Source of the DNA: Tubiluchus corallicola
Lineage: Eukaryota; Animalia; Priapulida
Assembly (NCBI GenBank): GCA_030141605.1
Contig: JAQGDQ010000312.1
Span: forward strand, 207,445 to 271,444
Direction of reading: 5' to 3'
DNA length: 64,000 nt
Shown here piece by piece: positions 50,849 through 64,000 of this stretch. Positions within the stretch are counted from its first letter, which is position 1. Each line of letters starts with the position of its first letter. The notes beneath the pieces were generated by a model. The model was not told the origin of the DNA. It worked only from the letters and a program-made list of their open reading frames with translations, and did no database searches. Position numbers and translations under genes: made by a program.

Positions 50849-51969
50849 TTTATACAATTCTCTGCAGTCTGCATGACCGATAGTGTCCGAGTTACACATG
50901 ATACTGACAGATTGAGGGAGTTGAACTCACATTGTCAAATCACAGAAAAACGAGACACACGTAATGCGGTTCACCCAATTAACATTTTTCTAATTTTGCT
51001 TTCTTTTCTTTTCAACAAAAGAAATTCAATGCATTGTGAATCAAATTTATGAGAAAGAATAACTTCCTGCTTAACACAGTTAAGTCTCATACACATGCGC
51101 AATTTTTTGACAGGTTGAATTTTAATATTCTACAATTGAAATTGTCTTTGTACTGAAGTGAATATCCGCAGACATTCGGACGCAGATATTTGGACACAGG
51201 ACGTTTTACCACAAAACATTTGTTGGCAGAGGCAGGTAGTTTTGATGGCAGAGGCGAGTGAATAGACCAATCCACTGTCGGCTTTTCGTGTACGCACAAA
51301 CAAGTAAATTGTTGCGCATTTGTAGAGGATTTTAGCTTTTGTGTTGTAACAAAAGTGTATCTTTTGTAACAAGTCATCTAGCACACTAGAATAGAACACT
51401 TGAATAAAACTGTAACAAGTTTTACTACCTGCACAAATAACAAAAAAGGCAACAAATACACACAAAAAACTAAATTAAGTAACAGCGCCCAAGACTAGGC
51501 TCTAGTGATCTCTACAGGCTTTTAAATTGGCATTGGTAGCTGCTTCCCTACACACCACATGTAGACCCAAACAAGACGTCTGGACCTACAAAGAAGGGGT
51601 GAGTTGCTGCTAACGTAGAAGCAGGACGTGTAGAGTACCTGACCAGACACACGTTCCTCCGTAACATTACCTCTACCCAGTTCTGTTTGTCCTCAAACGG
51701 TTCCAGATCTAGAAGTTAGACAGTTAACAGGCACGTGCTACAACCCATGATATGGCGCAACAAACGTTCCGTGAGCATAGATTTCTTTAAATTACACTAA
51801 TGCAAGATTGAAACGAATTATTTCCATTTTATTGGCATAGATATTAGATAAATTCAGCATGAAAAAGAATAGAGTGTTTTACGCTGTCAGTATGGAGGAC
51901 TGCGTGGTTTAGGGACCCCTTTTTAGGGCGGTTTCATTCCCATTTCTAACACCCTTCAACCTTATTCCT

Positions 51970-52545
51970 GGCTCCAACCCTAGCGGCAAACTCTAGCTTT
52001 AACCCTAGCTGCTAACAGTATTCCTAGCTCTAAACCTAGCGGCAAACCCTTACTCTAACTCTAGCTGCTAAACGTATTCCTAGCTTTAACCCTAGCAGCA
52101 AACCCTAACTGCTAAAAGTATTTGTAGCTCTAACCATAACTGCTAACCCAATTCCTAGCTCTAACCCTAGCAGCAAACCCTAACTGCTAAAAGTATTTCT
52201 AGCTCTAACCCTAGCTGCAAACCCTAGCTATAACACTAGCTGAAAATCTTATTCCTAGCTGCTAACCCTAGCGGCAAACCCCAGCTCCAACCCTTTCTGC
52301 TAACCGTATTCCTAGCTCAAACCCTAGCTGCAAACCCCAGCTCTAATTCTAGCTCTAACCCTAGCTGCTAACCCAATTCCTAGCTCTAACCCTAGCTCTA
52401 ATTCTAGCTCTAACTCTAGCTACTAACCCTATCCCTAGCTCTAACCCTAACCCGAACCTTAACCATAACTCTAACCCTAGCTCTAACCCTAATCCATCTC
52501 TAACCCTATCCCTAACCCTAACCCTAACTGAAACCCTAGCTCTAT
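51970..52545. repeat. Degenerate TAACCC-based (telomere-like) repeat tract
   Basis: taaccctagc(tc) 12-mers grading into cctaaccctaaccctaa near 52510. Confidence 0.85.
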
Positions 52546-52553
52546 CACTAATT

Positions 52554-54179
52554 TGTTATGAAATGTGATGTAGATTTGCACATGCGTGCTTATTGTAGCA
52601 GTTTTCTCCATCTTGTTGTTTAATGTGGTGTGAGCGATGTAGGTTTGTGCATGCGCGGTTACTCTAGGGTTGAGTCACGATCTTATATAATCGGTTTTAT
52701 GTTTGCGTAATACGTGCACGTTAGAGCATGCTGTTTAATTGAGCATTTTGGTGAAAATTTTGTTTTAGAGAGTGAGAGAGCAATTGAAATAGTTCTCCAA
52801 ACATCAAATTCACCTTTTCATAAATATTTATTGTTCGAGTACAAATGAATACTACATTCGATTACGCATTTCTACATTTGATTACACGTTTCGATAATTA
52901 TTAAATTCTACACATTTCGTTTTACAGTTATATATGTCATTCGTTTATGCGATACGAAATAGTTAATTCTGCAGTTACATATGACATTCGTTATGTTATG
53001 AATAAATTTAGGAATCGTTAATTTAGTAATTAATTAATGGAATTATCAACTTCATTAGATTCGGTTGATAAAACGGATACCTCCTTGATTTGATTAGATA
53101 AATTTATTGGTGGATTATGGTAACTCACTTAGCTGGAGAAGGCACGAGATTTAATGCGAAGCAAATTATTTTCAAAGGTGTGTTTTGCGTTTACTAGAGG
53201 TAGAGCAGGTGTTCATTTAGAGAAGCGAAACATAATGTAACGTTATGCGGAGTTACCTGTAATTATTAAGAAATAGCGAGGAGTGGGACTTTTGTGGAAG
53301 AAAGGTTTATGACCCACGCCAAGCTGAGGGATCTTTGAGAGCAAGGAGCTATGAAGGACAAACCTAGCTAGTAGCAGACTTCTCACGCAAGAAGCAATGT
53401 TATCGAACCACCTGGATGGTCATAAACCTAAAGCCAAGGATGTCACCTCTAACTTATTACACCATATTGTGGCTTTAGCGCGAAATTATGCAAAGCGCAG
53501 TTTGGGGATATAAGCCCGTGTCTTGAGAAACACGTAGTTAGTTGTGAGTTAGTCGATTGCGAGTGAAGAGGAACGTTCCAGGAGAGAGGGAGCCAGAGAG
53601 AGAGGCTACTGGAATTCTGACAGGAGCATAGACGACGTTAGGACCAGCGTAGACCACCGTTCTGTGTACTCAGCGAATCTGAGCACTGAATCTGAGCACT
53701 TGAGAGTAACTCCGCATAGTAGAAATTCACAGTGTAGTAAACACCTTAAGTGTAACATTCAGATTGATTGTAATTGCATACTTCACATTGTAACTAGCAC
53801 CTTAAGTTAATGAGCTGTAACAGGAGTCCTGGCTATTGCATGTTGGTCAGTAGCAGTTCAGGTCTCATAGTCTGCTGGTGAATAATGTGATGAATTTCAT
53901 AATGTATTTTGTCAAGGTATGTTGCTTTAAATTATATTTTTGTGTTTTTTCTGATTTGCTAAACTGAGAGGTTAGTGCTTTAATTTTTGTTATAAGAGTG
54001 TTAAACTTAAGTGAATTATTAAGTTAAACTTCCCTAAATGTCGCTTTTACGTTTATTTCAGACTGCAATTTATGTTGAAACCTACCCCCCTCTACACCGG
54101 CTTTACTTCTTCATTTTTTTTTGACAATAAAGGAATCAACCTGTATCGAAGTGTTCATCATTTTTATTTGGTTACAACA
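52554..54179 (+). mobile_element. Possible solo LTR
   Basis: TGTT...AACA ends, TATA-like gatataag at ~53507, AATAAA at ~54126; no TSD found. Confidence 0.25.
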
Positions 54180-54676
54180 TGCAGGCAGACAAACTGGACA
54201 AAACAATGTTTACTCTTGTAAGTCATAAGGAATGCGGCTTGATTACTGAACCTGTATCTTTGCTGTCACTAAGCTGCAGTCCCTGTACAGTCCATCTTGC
54301 TGCACCTTCGAGCAATGAGTTGAGACAAGTGCACTTACTTACTGTGGGAAAATAGCTACTGTGCACTGCAGAACTCGTCCCAAAAGCTTGCCAATGTATG
54401 CACTGTGGAATTGGTCCCTGCTCAATTTTTGCCGAAATTTCAAGCCCTTTGCAGAATATGCATTAATGTTACCAGGTTCATTACTGTTGACAGTCCCACA
54501 TTCAGATTCTGAAACAAGAAAGCTGGCTTGCGATAATTCAGCCTATTTTGTAGCAGCCACGTTTCCAATTATTTCGCAAGTTTCTCTAAACCAAATAAAT
54601 TCATCTATTACCGCTTCATAATTGTCAATAGGGTTCAATGTCCTGTTCTACCCTATCCAAAATGGCTAACCTATAG

Positions 54677-54815
54677 CATCATAATTATCAATCGCAACGT
54701 TTCAGTGCAATTCGTGATATCTGCATTTCTGTTAAACATTGTTCTAATATTTTTCTTACTAATTTTGCAAGTATGGACTCTGTGAAAAAAGTGATTATAG
54801 TATGGAACAATATAG
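54677..54815 (+). pseudogene. EXTL2: EXTL2-like exon A
   Basis: QRFSAI...SMDSVKKVIIVWNNIG; donor TAG|GTAAGT; 5' boundary uncertain. Confidence 0.7.
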
Positions 54816-56824
54816 GTAAGTACATTTGTAGGGTAATAAGTAAACACAAGTACACCATTCTATGTACTTTTTCAATGACAAACGAATGAGAAACTGCAAT
54901 ATATGGTTGCATAGTAGAAAGCACGTACTAGCAGAAATGTTCTTTTTGGAATGACGACTTTTGCCTACTTTAGACGTTATTTTATTCCAGATCGCGGTTC
55001 TATTAAAGTCTTCTTGCAATTGGCTTTCTAATAAAGTGCATAGCAATTAGAAAAATAATTAATCATTGCTAATACGAACATTTGTCGTTGTGTGCATCAA
55101 TACAAAAACATGTGAGCAAACACTCCCGGGGTAATTCTTTCCCAAACTTGACCGGTTAGGGTTAATGTTGTTTTGGCAGAATGAGTGTTCTAAGCATAAA
55201 CAAATAAGTATTTGTTTTTTAGTCTAGTTAAACTTATTTAAGTGCACGTGTCCATTTACTCTGAAATTTTGTTATTTTCATTTAGCTAACTGCACTTTCT
55301 ATGTAACTAGTGTGTAATGCGAAGCATTGCGTGTGTCTTACTACTCGGATCTACTCAGAACATAGTTGTCAATAAGCCTAAACATATTTATGCAATGTGG
55401 CTTTTATAAATATTAGTTGTTTGCTTGGCTGGATAAAGTGTGTTTCTCAGAAAGCTGGTTATCATTGGAAAGTCTTTTTCAACTCTTTCTTTGTCCTGTT
55501 GTGTTATCTAAGACAGTGTACTTGCACCTATTTTAATTTTGGATTTATCGATGATATCACAGAAACTGCACAGGCTTAACAACAATTGCCCAACTACAGA
55601 CTCTTCTAATGTTAAAGACCTGGATTTATGGCAAATCAAGATTCAAAAACAGAATCGCATTGCATTGAAATTTATTCTAATTGCAAGTTTGTTGCTAGTT
55701 TGTTGAACTGTTACCACATTATAGACACAGTCACTGTATTTTGACATAGATTTTATTTGAAGCCTACTAAGAGTTTTGTACAAGCGCACTCACTGAACAA
55801 AAAATAACCATTGCCTCAAACTGTACGTTGGAAAATATAAAAAAGTGCTTTTTCTTCGCCAACGTATGATGCTGTCTACCCAGGTCGATAAATGGCGCAC
55901 CTTTTGTCACAGCTGGCGAACTAATTTTTTTAAATAATACGAAGACCACTTGTGTACGATAGGCATATGTATGTATGTTGCTTTTATCGTCTTATAATTT
56001 ATTTTTTAAACCTTAGCCGGCAAATTGCCGTGTTACGATAAAGGCCAATCATGCTGTTTGTTTAAATGTTTATAAGTGATTTAATTTGATAAAAATTGAG
56101 AAAAATACGCCCTGTTGAAATAGGCACTCCTATCTAGCCGATTGAATAGCTTGTATGGTGTATGTTTTTTTGATTGCCAGCTTGTTATAGCCTAATAGTA
56201 CCCCTCTGCTGTGCAAAGTTCCAGGAAGAGCCAACCCACTAGCAAAAAAGAAATTAAGGCCATTTCGCCTTTTAAACTCCTTAAAAATAAAGTAGACTTG
56301 AGACCAAATTTTATCAGAGTCTTGAGTCTGCAATACAGAAATTTTCTGCATTAGCCAATTTCACACAATTGATACTGTACATTGTCACAGTAAAAAAACT
56401 CCAGATTCTTTTCTTTTTTCATAAAAAATCAGTTTTTAGTTTGTCTATGTAAGCAAATGCATTTCACATATAATTTTGCATGAAAATCCATTGTGTAAAG
56501 AGCAGAGACCTACAAAAATAGCAAATCTAATGTAATCTCTGCATGAGTGTGAGCTGTTTTAATGCACACAGCAAAATGCAGCAAACGCTTAACATCCCGT
56601 AGTTAATATTATAAGCAGTTTGGGGCTTTAAGGAATAAATTTCGTATCCACTTACTTTTTAGGAATAGTGTTATTTTGTAAACTAATTGCACACCATGAT
56701 TATTCGGCTATCTCTGTCACGTAATTTAATTGTTTACTCCCTTTTTAATCATTTTTTTGCTTTTGAAAAGTTTATCTTATTTCTAAAACCATTTCCTAAC
56801 TTTAAGAACATATACATGTTTTAG

Positions 56825-56950
56825 GTGAAATGGTGCCAAATTTCCTAGCTCAGATAACGGAACGTCGTGGAAAAGAATTGATTATAATTAAACCACAAAC
56901 TAATACCTTGGCAAATCGATGAAAAATCCCATCTGAGATTATGACAGAAG
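56825..56950 (+). pseudogene. EXTL2: EXTL2-like exon B with an in-frame TGA
   Basis: ttttag|GTGAAATG...GAAG|GTAGGC; TGA at 56920-56922. Confidence 0.75.
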
Positions 56951-58271
56951 GTAGGCAGTATTGGATGCTTTTAGAAAAGTCATTTTGCAAAACTGCGCAG
57001 AATATGCGAGTAGGGTATAGGGCACGCAATGTGATTTAGGGGAAAAAGTGGCAAGGGTGAAGCGGAACAGTTTGAAAATTCAACAAGAATATCTGATGCT
57101 AGTGTGTTATAAGTCGTATGGCACTGTCGGAGAACAATGGTGAGCAATTTTATTTTTTACTTTTACATTTTTATTCCTGCTTTATGTCATTTTTGCATGA
57201 GAGGAATATATCACTGTTTTACTACTTTTTTGACATTCAATTTTATTAAGTACAAATTTTTGTCTGTAATGCAATTAATATACGTCTATTTGTATGTAGT
57301 GGATGGCCATCAATTGTTAATACTTGGAAAGTTTCTTCTGCTGTTGAAATTTGCCGTCTCAATATACCAATATATAAATATTTTTTAAATTTTTATTTTT
57401 TTACAGTATTTGGGCGATTCAATGACTTTCTCATAATTGAATTTTACTATAATCATACAGTAAGAGCAGCTTAATACACTCAATTGCTTGATTGACTCAA
57501 AAATGTCTGTTAAGGGCTGATTTCAGTCAAATGTACATAAAAACTTTCGTTATTGACTCATATAATTCCGCATAATATTTTTCACTTGTTTAAAATAAGA
57601 CAATTGTAACTACCAAAAGAGCCTTTCCGACTTTGATGTCATCTTTTTTTCACTTTTCTATAACACATGTAGAAACAATAACTTTAAGTACCATTTTGCT
57701 TGGAAACAGGTACCTTTATCGTGCACTATAAATTGCTTTAAAGAAATATAATTTCTAAATACGATTTTCCCGAAACCTCCTTCAGGTACCCCTTTCTTGT
57801 CATTTGAGCACTGCCTACTGTCACTTATCTAACATTACAACTCAAGTTCGGTTATTTGTTGATCAAGTGACTTAAGATTCCACATCTCAAGGCACTTAAT
57901 CTACCTTTTAATTCAAAAGCAGCTTGGGCAGGATCTATAGGCAAAAACACAAAGTTACACCTCTAGCTCACTAGAGCAAACGGTTTATCGTCCACCCAAA
58001 TTTCAAGAATTCCTAGACCAGTATTGATAAACCAGCACAAAAAACAGTGCAGTAAAAGCCAGAAAAGAGCAACTAAATCGTCACGTGGCTTCATGTGAGT
58101 AAACCATGTTGATTTTTGGCGAGAGAATGTTTGTGAAGTTGATCAGGAGTTTTTAGTGAAGAGACGTTCCTATTTTCTTCTGGTTTTGCTCCAGAAAAAA
58201 ACTCAAGGCTGAACGATAATATTATAAAAGAAACACAAGCACCTCTTGTTTTAAATATTTACTCATTTCAG

Positions 58272-58345
58272 CTGTTTTAGTTTGTGATGATGACATACTC
58301 ATCGGTGAAGAAGACTTATTAAGAGCATATGGGTTATGGAGGTTG
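58272..58345 (+). pseudogene. EXTL2: EXTL2-like exon C (DXD motif)
   Basis: tttcag|CTGTTTTAGTTTGTGATGATGAC; donor is GTAAGT after 58345 or GTTGGT after 58341. Confidence 0.8.
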
Positions 58346-59477
58346 GTAAGTAATATTAGGGTAATCGTCTCATAGTTGAAATCTGATAATACAGTAATAC
58401 AAAGACGGAGGCTTAAATTAGGAAACGAATTGTACAAAATTTACGTCCAAAATTACTTTTTTGTAATGGTCGATTCAGAGTTTGTTTGGCTTTAAAAGAT
58501 ATATGAAATCACTCTTGCTCGGATCTTACTTTTGCCTTTTTTATAATTCTCCCTCTTGTAAATAAAATAGTTTTTTCCACACTTTTTCATGGTGGTTTTA
58601 TAAACTTTGCTTCTTGACCGCCATGCAGCATCTATTTCTTGTTGAAAAACTATTATGTAGTTTAGCAACTATGTTAATAACTATGAAACGCTATAGTATA
58701 CTAATGTAGTTCTGTTACAATTATTGTAACTATATATCTTTTTCCTAGTTGTAGCGCATATTAGTTATAAAGGTAATAAAGCAATGTCAAAAATACATGC
58801 TGAAGTGATATTAAATTGCAAATTACAATTTGCATAAAGGTGGAAAGATACCAAAATCTAAGGCAATAAATCCAATTGCGATCCCGCAATGCACTACAAT
58901 AATAAATATCAGCAAAGGAATTAAAAAGACAAAGAAATCAACAACGAACATGTTTAAAGAGACCATGATCAGATCTGTGATCAGGTATAGAAATGTACAT
59001 ACTGCAGGCTGCCAGGGTTGCAGAATACACCTTTGACATTAGAGAAGTTAACAGAGGGAAGTATTTTTATTACATTTCATAAAGACAAAATTGATTTTGA
59101 CTTGTGAGTACTACTAATTGTTTAGCAATGGTAGTTGTTTGGAACATTTGTTTAGTCATCATGAAATATACCGTTTGGTGTGAAATATCAATTATTTTTC
59201 AACGAGAATTTAAAATCTTGGAGATCCTGAGAAGAGTACAGGCAGAACCACACATTTGATGAATCCAAGTTCAGAACTCAAGATGACCAGCATATCACAC
59301 CTGTCTTGATGTTGTCACATTCTGAGATTTAACGTGCAGAGAATGCCTGTTATACATTAGTAATAATAACGTGTATAAGCTATCTTGGTCAGTTATTCTT
59401 ACAAGTCGGTTACATCCTGGGAATACTTGCCGAATTTTCCACCTTAATTCAAGTAATTTTAACTTTCTTTGTTTCAG

Positions 59478-59587
59478 CTGCCAAAAACGAATACTTGGTT
59501 TTGCCTGTCGTGCACACTCTATGGAAGACGGATTGTATAATTATGTTCCATCAACATTGAATGGCAAATATTCCATCATTCTTCCAG
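59478..59587 (+). pseudogene. EXTL2: EXTL2-like exon D
   Basis: ctttgtttcag| ... CCAG|GTAACG; KRILGFACRAHSMEDGLYNYV. Confidence 0.8.
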
Positions 59588-61012
59588 GTAACGGCACTTT
59601 AATACAATACAAAGTCACAAACACAAATAATGCAAGACGTTGGTTGGCGATTAAAACATTTTGTATGCTGACATTTGACAAATGGTTTTCAGTGTGCATG
59701 CTTACTATATACGAAGACTAACTGGGAAACTTGGTAACCTAAACAATATCCAATGTATTTTTAACTGTGTCAATGCAAAATTGATTCACAAGGTCTCCCA
59801 TTAACATTTAAACAGATACTGTTTACTATATCCTATAATAATTTTGATTTATGTTTTACTTCGAACTTTATTAAAGCTCATGCAGGCATTACAAGTACAA
59901 AAGCATTACATTACAATACAATTTTAAAGCAATGTACAAGACAAACAGTAAGAACAGCTGTCACAAATTTTAATAAACAAAATGATTGCATATTAAAGAT
60001 ATCAAAATAGAAACACTACTCATATTCCACTTGAAATTGCCATTTCACACATATTTATTCAGAAATGAAAATGCAATTTTTCTGTAAAATGGTTACTAAA
60101 ACTAGCTAATATGTTGCATAATGACATTTGACTTTTAGATGATTAATAAACGACATATTCTGCAAATTTCGCTTTCAGAAACCGCTAGATTATTTCATTG
60201 CAAAACTAATTTGCAATGGCCTATTGGTAGTAAATAAGCATTTTCTATATGCATATATTACAATTGTCTTGTAATCCTCTTGACATGTCCTTTTCAATAC
60301 AAAATTTGTGTATTGTCGGGCATAAATGGATATGGTCTATTATTTTCGTTCTCGTTCTGTACAAACTTTCTTCCAAACTACCTGCAAATTTATTTCATTA
60401 GGTTAGATCAAAATTTACTAAATTTTGTATATTGTTATTTAAACTTTTCACTATAATGATGGAAGGAAACGATGACTTTTTTCATTTCACAGTTAGTTAT
60501 TTAAACGATATTGCAGTGCGCAAACTATGTCAGCCTCCTTAAATTTTAACACAGTTGCAATCGAGCAAAACAGTTTAGAGGGACTATATGACCTTCATCA
60601 CATGTGTTTAAAATACATCCTAACTATTTCTATGCACCAATAATGGCAAATCTGTTTTGTAATGTAATTTGATAAATCAGTTGATGTCAGTAGTAGAGCT
60701 CAATTTCCTGTTTTTATAGCCTTCTCTTCACTTCTCCCGCAGGCATCTGCAAAATTTTCTGTCACAAATTTCCTGTAAACTAAAAGTTCGGTATATTTAA
60801 GAAGATTAAGAAGTGATAAGTTCTGCCATTTAATATATAAATTTTGTTTCTAGTGATATTGAAGCATAAGCGCTCATCTTAAAGCCGAACCTTGAGAGGC
60901 TATTGCTCTAATTTGGTTCATAATTGTATATGCTCCTAACATCTAATTCCAACAGTTTTGATAACCAGGTTTCTTGCACCTTGTCAGTAAATTTAATGCA
61001 AATATTTTACAG

Positions 61013-61390
61013 CTCCAATGTTGATTCACCGAAGCTACTTCAAGATCTTCAATAATTTCCTGGAGGCTGTTTTCCGGAGACAAGTACAACAACTGCGATG
61101 ACATTGCTGTAAACTTTGCTGTATCACAGTGCCTACAAGATTTAGCAGGAATGTGTGTATTGCCTAGAAAACACAGAAGAATAGATAAATTTGGAAGGCA
61201 TTTTAAAGGTTTACATCATTTAAACAAACATCATTTTAACAGATCAAGGTGTCTTAATGAACTTGTTGAAATCTATGGTTTAATGCCGCTGCATTATAGT
61301 GACGTTTTTGTTGCAACAGTCAAAGCAAATACTAAACAGCACATTCGTTTTTCAAAAAGCGTTCTTTACAAAAATAGCGATGGACATTAA
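61013..61390 (+). pseudogene. EXTL2: EXTL2-like terminal exon E with a frameshift
   Basis: ttttacag|; APMLIHRSYFKIF...AVFR, frame change at 61078, then DKYNNCDDIAVNFAVS...; stop at 61388-61390. Confidence 0.85.
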
Positions 61391-63759
61391 CAGTCTTTAA
61401 TCTTTCACACTTTCAACTGTTGTAATCTGCTACTGCATCTCTGCTCAATTAGCAATACTCAAAGAAATAGGAAAACTGTATGAAATGGGTATTTCATTTA
61501 TTTTTATTGAATTTAACAGTAGTTTCTTTACCCTATTCCCCTATTCCCCATCCCTACGAACAGGCCTATCTCCACCCCACGTATCCCTGATTAAAGAGAT
61601 TGCAAAAGCTGGTTATAAGATTCTGAGCAAAGCTTTCCTCATACCCCTAATTTAGTCACAGAAAAACCACCGTCCACGGAATTATGTAATAATCAGAAAA
61701 GAGACTTTATACCTCGTTATAATGCCATTAGTTTTGGCAAACTTTTCATTGAAAATAGAGCAGACAAAATGGGAAAGACTTGCCATATTCACTTTATGGG
61801 CTCTTGCAACCTAAGTTAAAAACGGAGATGGTTTTTTATGGAAATGAATTCTTGTGCTTAAGAGCATTATTCTAAATCTTATAAAATATTATTATTAATA
61901 TTTTAGCAGTTATATTAATTACAATTTTTTAACAGCTAAAATGTTACTAGATTTTAATTCTGGATTAATAATTTAGATAAACTTAATATTTCCAGACATT
62001 TTATGTTTTAGCATTAACAATTTTATTAATTTTTCTGTTTTCCATAAGTTTCATTTCTGGATTGTTAACTTAAATTCATTAACGCTTTGAGCAGATATTC
62101 TACTTGTTTCTCTGTACTATGTCTTAAGATGTCTTTTTGTGTTTTATTTTATTGATAATATGATTATATATTGTTGATAAAAAGCTTTAGCTGCTCGTGT
62201 TATTTATATAATAATAGACCTTAAATAAAAGTTATCTTACCTTAGTTTGTTTTATCTTTCTTGTCTCGTCTCTTTTTATCTTATCTTGTAGAATGCAAGG
62301 CAGGAAGCATTACACAGTTGGAACGATGAAAATGTCTGCTTGATAATGAGAGGCTGTCTTGTCAAAATATGAAGCATAACAAAATCGTGGACTAGCAATT
62401 GTAATGACTGAACTCAAGATAATATTGAAGTCATTACAGTCCTGAAGCCATTATAGTCATTTAAAAATTTTAATGAACCCTATTTTTATCAATGGATAAA
62501 GACTTTATTTTTGGAAAAAATTGTGTGATTGGCCATTTTTAAAAATGGCATCTGACATACTAGTTTCTTTTTGTAATTTCTGAAGCACAGAAGAAAGAAG
62601 CTGAGTTTCTATACAGTCATAGGTTTTTAAAGTCTGCGAATCAGATGGCAGCGTTAGTTTTTTGCTGACCTGGTTTAAGCATTTACAGAAATGTCAGCGA
62701 AAGGTGAAGTGAAACACTATTATTATGTGATTAATTAATGCTAATGTAGTGTAAAATGTCGATAAGAACAAGCAAAAATATCAATAACCTTTTTCTTCTT
62801 GCTCTTGTATTTCTGTCACCCTGGCTCCCAGACAATGCAAAATGTCTTGATTCCAAAGAATTTGTTAACGTATACTTTTTCCCATAATGGAAAATAGGGT
62901 AGTACAGAAAAATCATCCTGTCTTCTTTTAAACATTATATTATCTCCGTCAGAATCTAAATGATTATGATTTGTTACTGTTCTATTCAGTGGACTACGGC
63001 TGTGTTTATCTCTCTTGAAGCCAGATTTTTTTTATTATACAATTTTACCTGCTGAATGTCCACAAATACACGAAATGGTCATATGATGCTGAAGACTTTC
63101 ATTAAGTGTGCATTTGATTTGAATTCGGTGAACATTTTCTCTACAAAATAGAATAACCTAGAACTTTTGTAAAGGAAACACTTTCTGATTGACAGTTGCA
63201 GCAATATTTCATTACATGGCCCAAATTCAAAAACGTTTCTCTTTAGACTCCATTGAGTATGTATATGTACGTGGTAGGATGAGAGTTACGTATAAATTAT
63301 CAGTTAAAAATCTGTGACCTGACTTGTTTATCATCAATGTGTATCAGATTTTTTTTTACTGTTGCAGAAATTCACTCATGTTAAAAAGTTAACATAATTA
63401 ATGTGAGGTTTTTCAATGATTTTCCAGAAGATACAAATATCTTTGTTAGGCAATGCAGAGTAAAATTTTTCTGCTTAATGATTTCGTCTGTGTGGTATAA
63501 AAAATATAAACTTTCCTTAATTTCATGATACTCTTTCTTTACACAACCTTATTTTAATTTAATTCCTTAAAGCTGTTTGATTTATATTTTCGTTATATGA
63601 AAACTACTGAATTCACCTTGCATGCCTTCACAAAATCTGTATGTAATATTTGCAACAATTTTATTGTAAAATTTCCACTGAGCTGTTAGATCATTGCACC
63701 TGCATCTCATTTTACTCTGTCGGCTTTTGACTCAGAAAAGCGGCTAAAATTGCCCTATC

Positions 63760-64000
63760 AGCGTTTTAATTTAGACAGAACAGGATACGTTTTACCGTTT
63801 TGCACTGTCAGCGTTTTTACGTAATTGAAAGATCAGGATGCGTTTTGTCATTTTGCAATGTCAGCGTTTTTACGTAATTGAAAGATCAGGATGCGTTTTG
63901 TCATTTTGCAATGTCTGCGTTTTTACGTAATTGAAAGATCAGGATGCGTTTTGTAATTTTGCAATGTCAGCGTTTTTACGTAATTGAAAGATCAGGATGC
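63760..64000. repeat. 53-bp tandem repeat running off the window end
   Basis: tgtcagcgtttttacgtaattgaaagatcaggatgcgttttgtcattttgcaa at 63806, 63859, 63912 and 63965. Confidence 0.93.

Larger units (their letters stand above)
54677..61390 (+). pseudogene. EXTL2: EXTL2-like GT64 alpha-1,4-N-acetylhexosaminyltransferase, five exons, disrupted
   Basis: Exons 54677-54815 (VKKVIIVWNNIG), 56825-56950 (IKPQTNTLANR*KIPSEIMTE), 58272-58345 (AVLVCDDDILIGEEDLLRAYGLW), 59478-59587 (RILGFACRAH...KYSIILP), 61013-61390 (NCDDIAVNF...HFNRSRCLNELVEIYGLMPLHYS). All have GT-AG ends; motif order matches the EXT C-terminal/EXTL2 domain. Confidence 0.85.

Noticed and set aside
60700-60780. PLA2-like CDRKFCRCL peptide on the minus strand
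   Set aside because: Only 14 codons before a stop and no supporting exons.

Overview
AT-rich, repeat-dense animal (invertebrate-type) genomic DNA. The left half holds five in-phase minus-strand exons (27232 down to 10) of a gene with a divergent periplasmic-binding-protein (iGluR-ATD/ANF-receptor-like) ectodomain. One ~19 kb intron of this gene contains a composite block. The block has a near full-length CR1-clade LINE, itself split by a young RTE retrotransposon with a 10-bp TSD. Immediately downstream on the same strand is a tandem array of four intronless, probably GPI-anchored S1A serine-protease copies (two complete, two 5'-truncated), interleaved with duplicated LINE 3' ends. The protease copies are mosaics whose differences concentrate in substrate-binding loops. 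The middle of the window holds MITEs, micro/minisatellites, a Penelope-like hammerhead remnant bracketing an 81-bp satellite, a 5S-rRNA-headed SINE with an RTE-type tail and a TTAA-flanked long-TIR element. The right end holds a five-exon EXTL2-like (GT64) gene with a premature stop and frameshift(s). All assignments come from reading motifs by eye; no searches were run.
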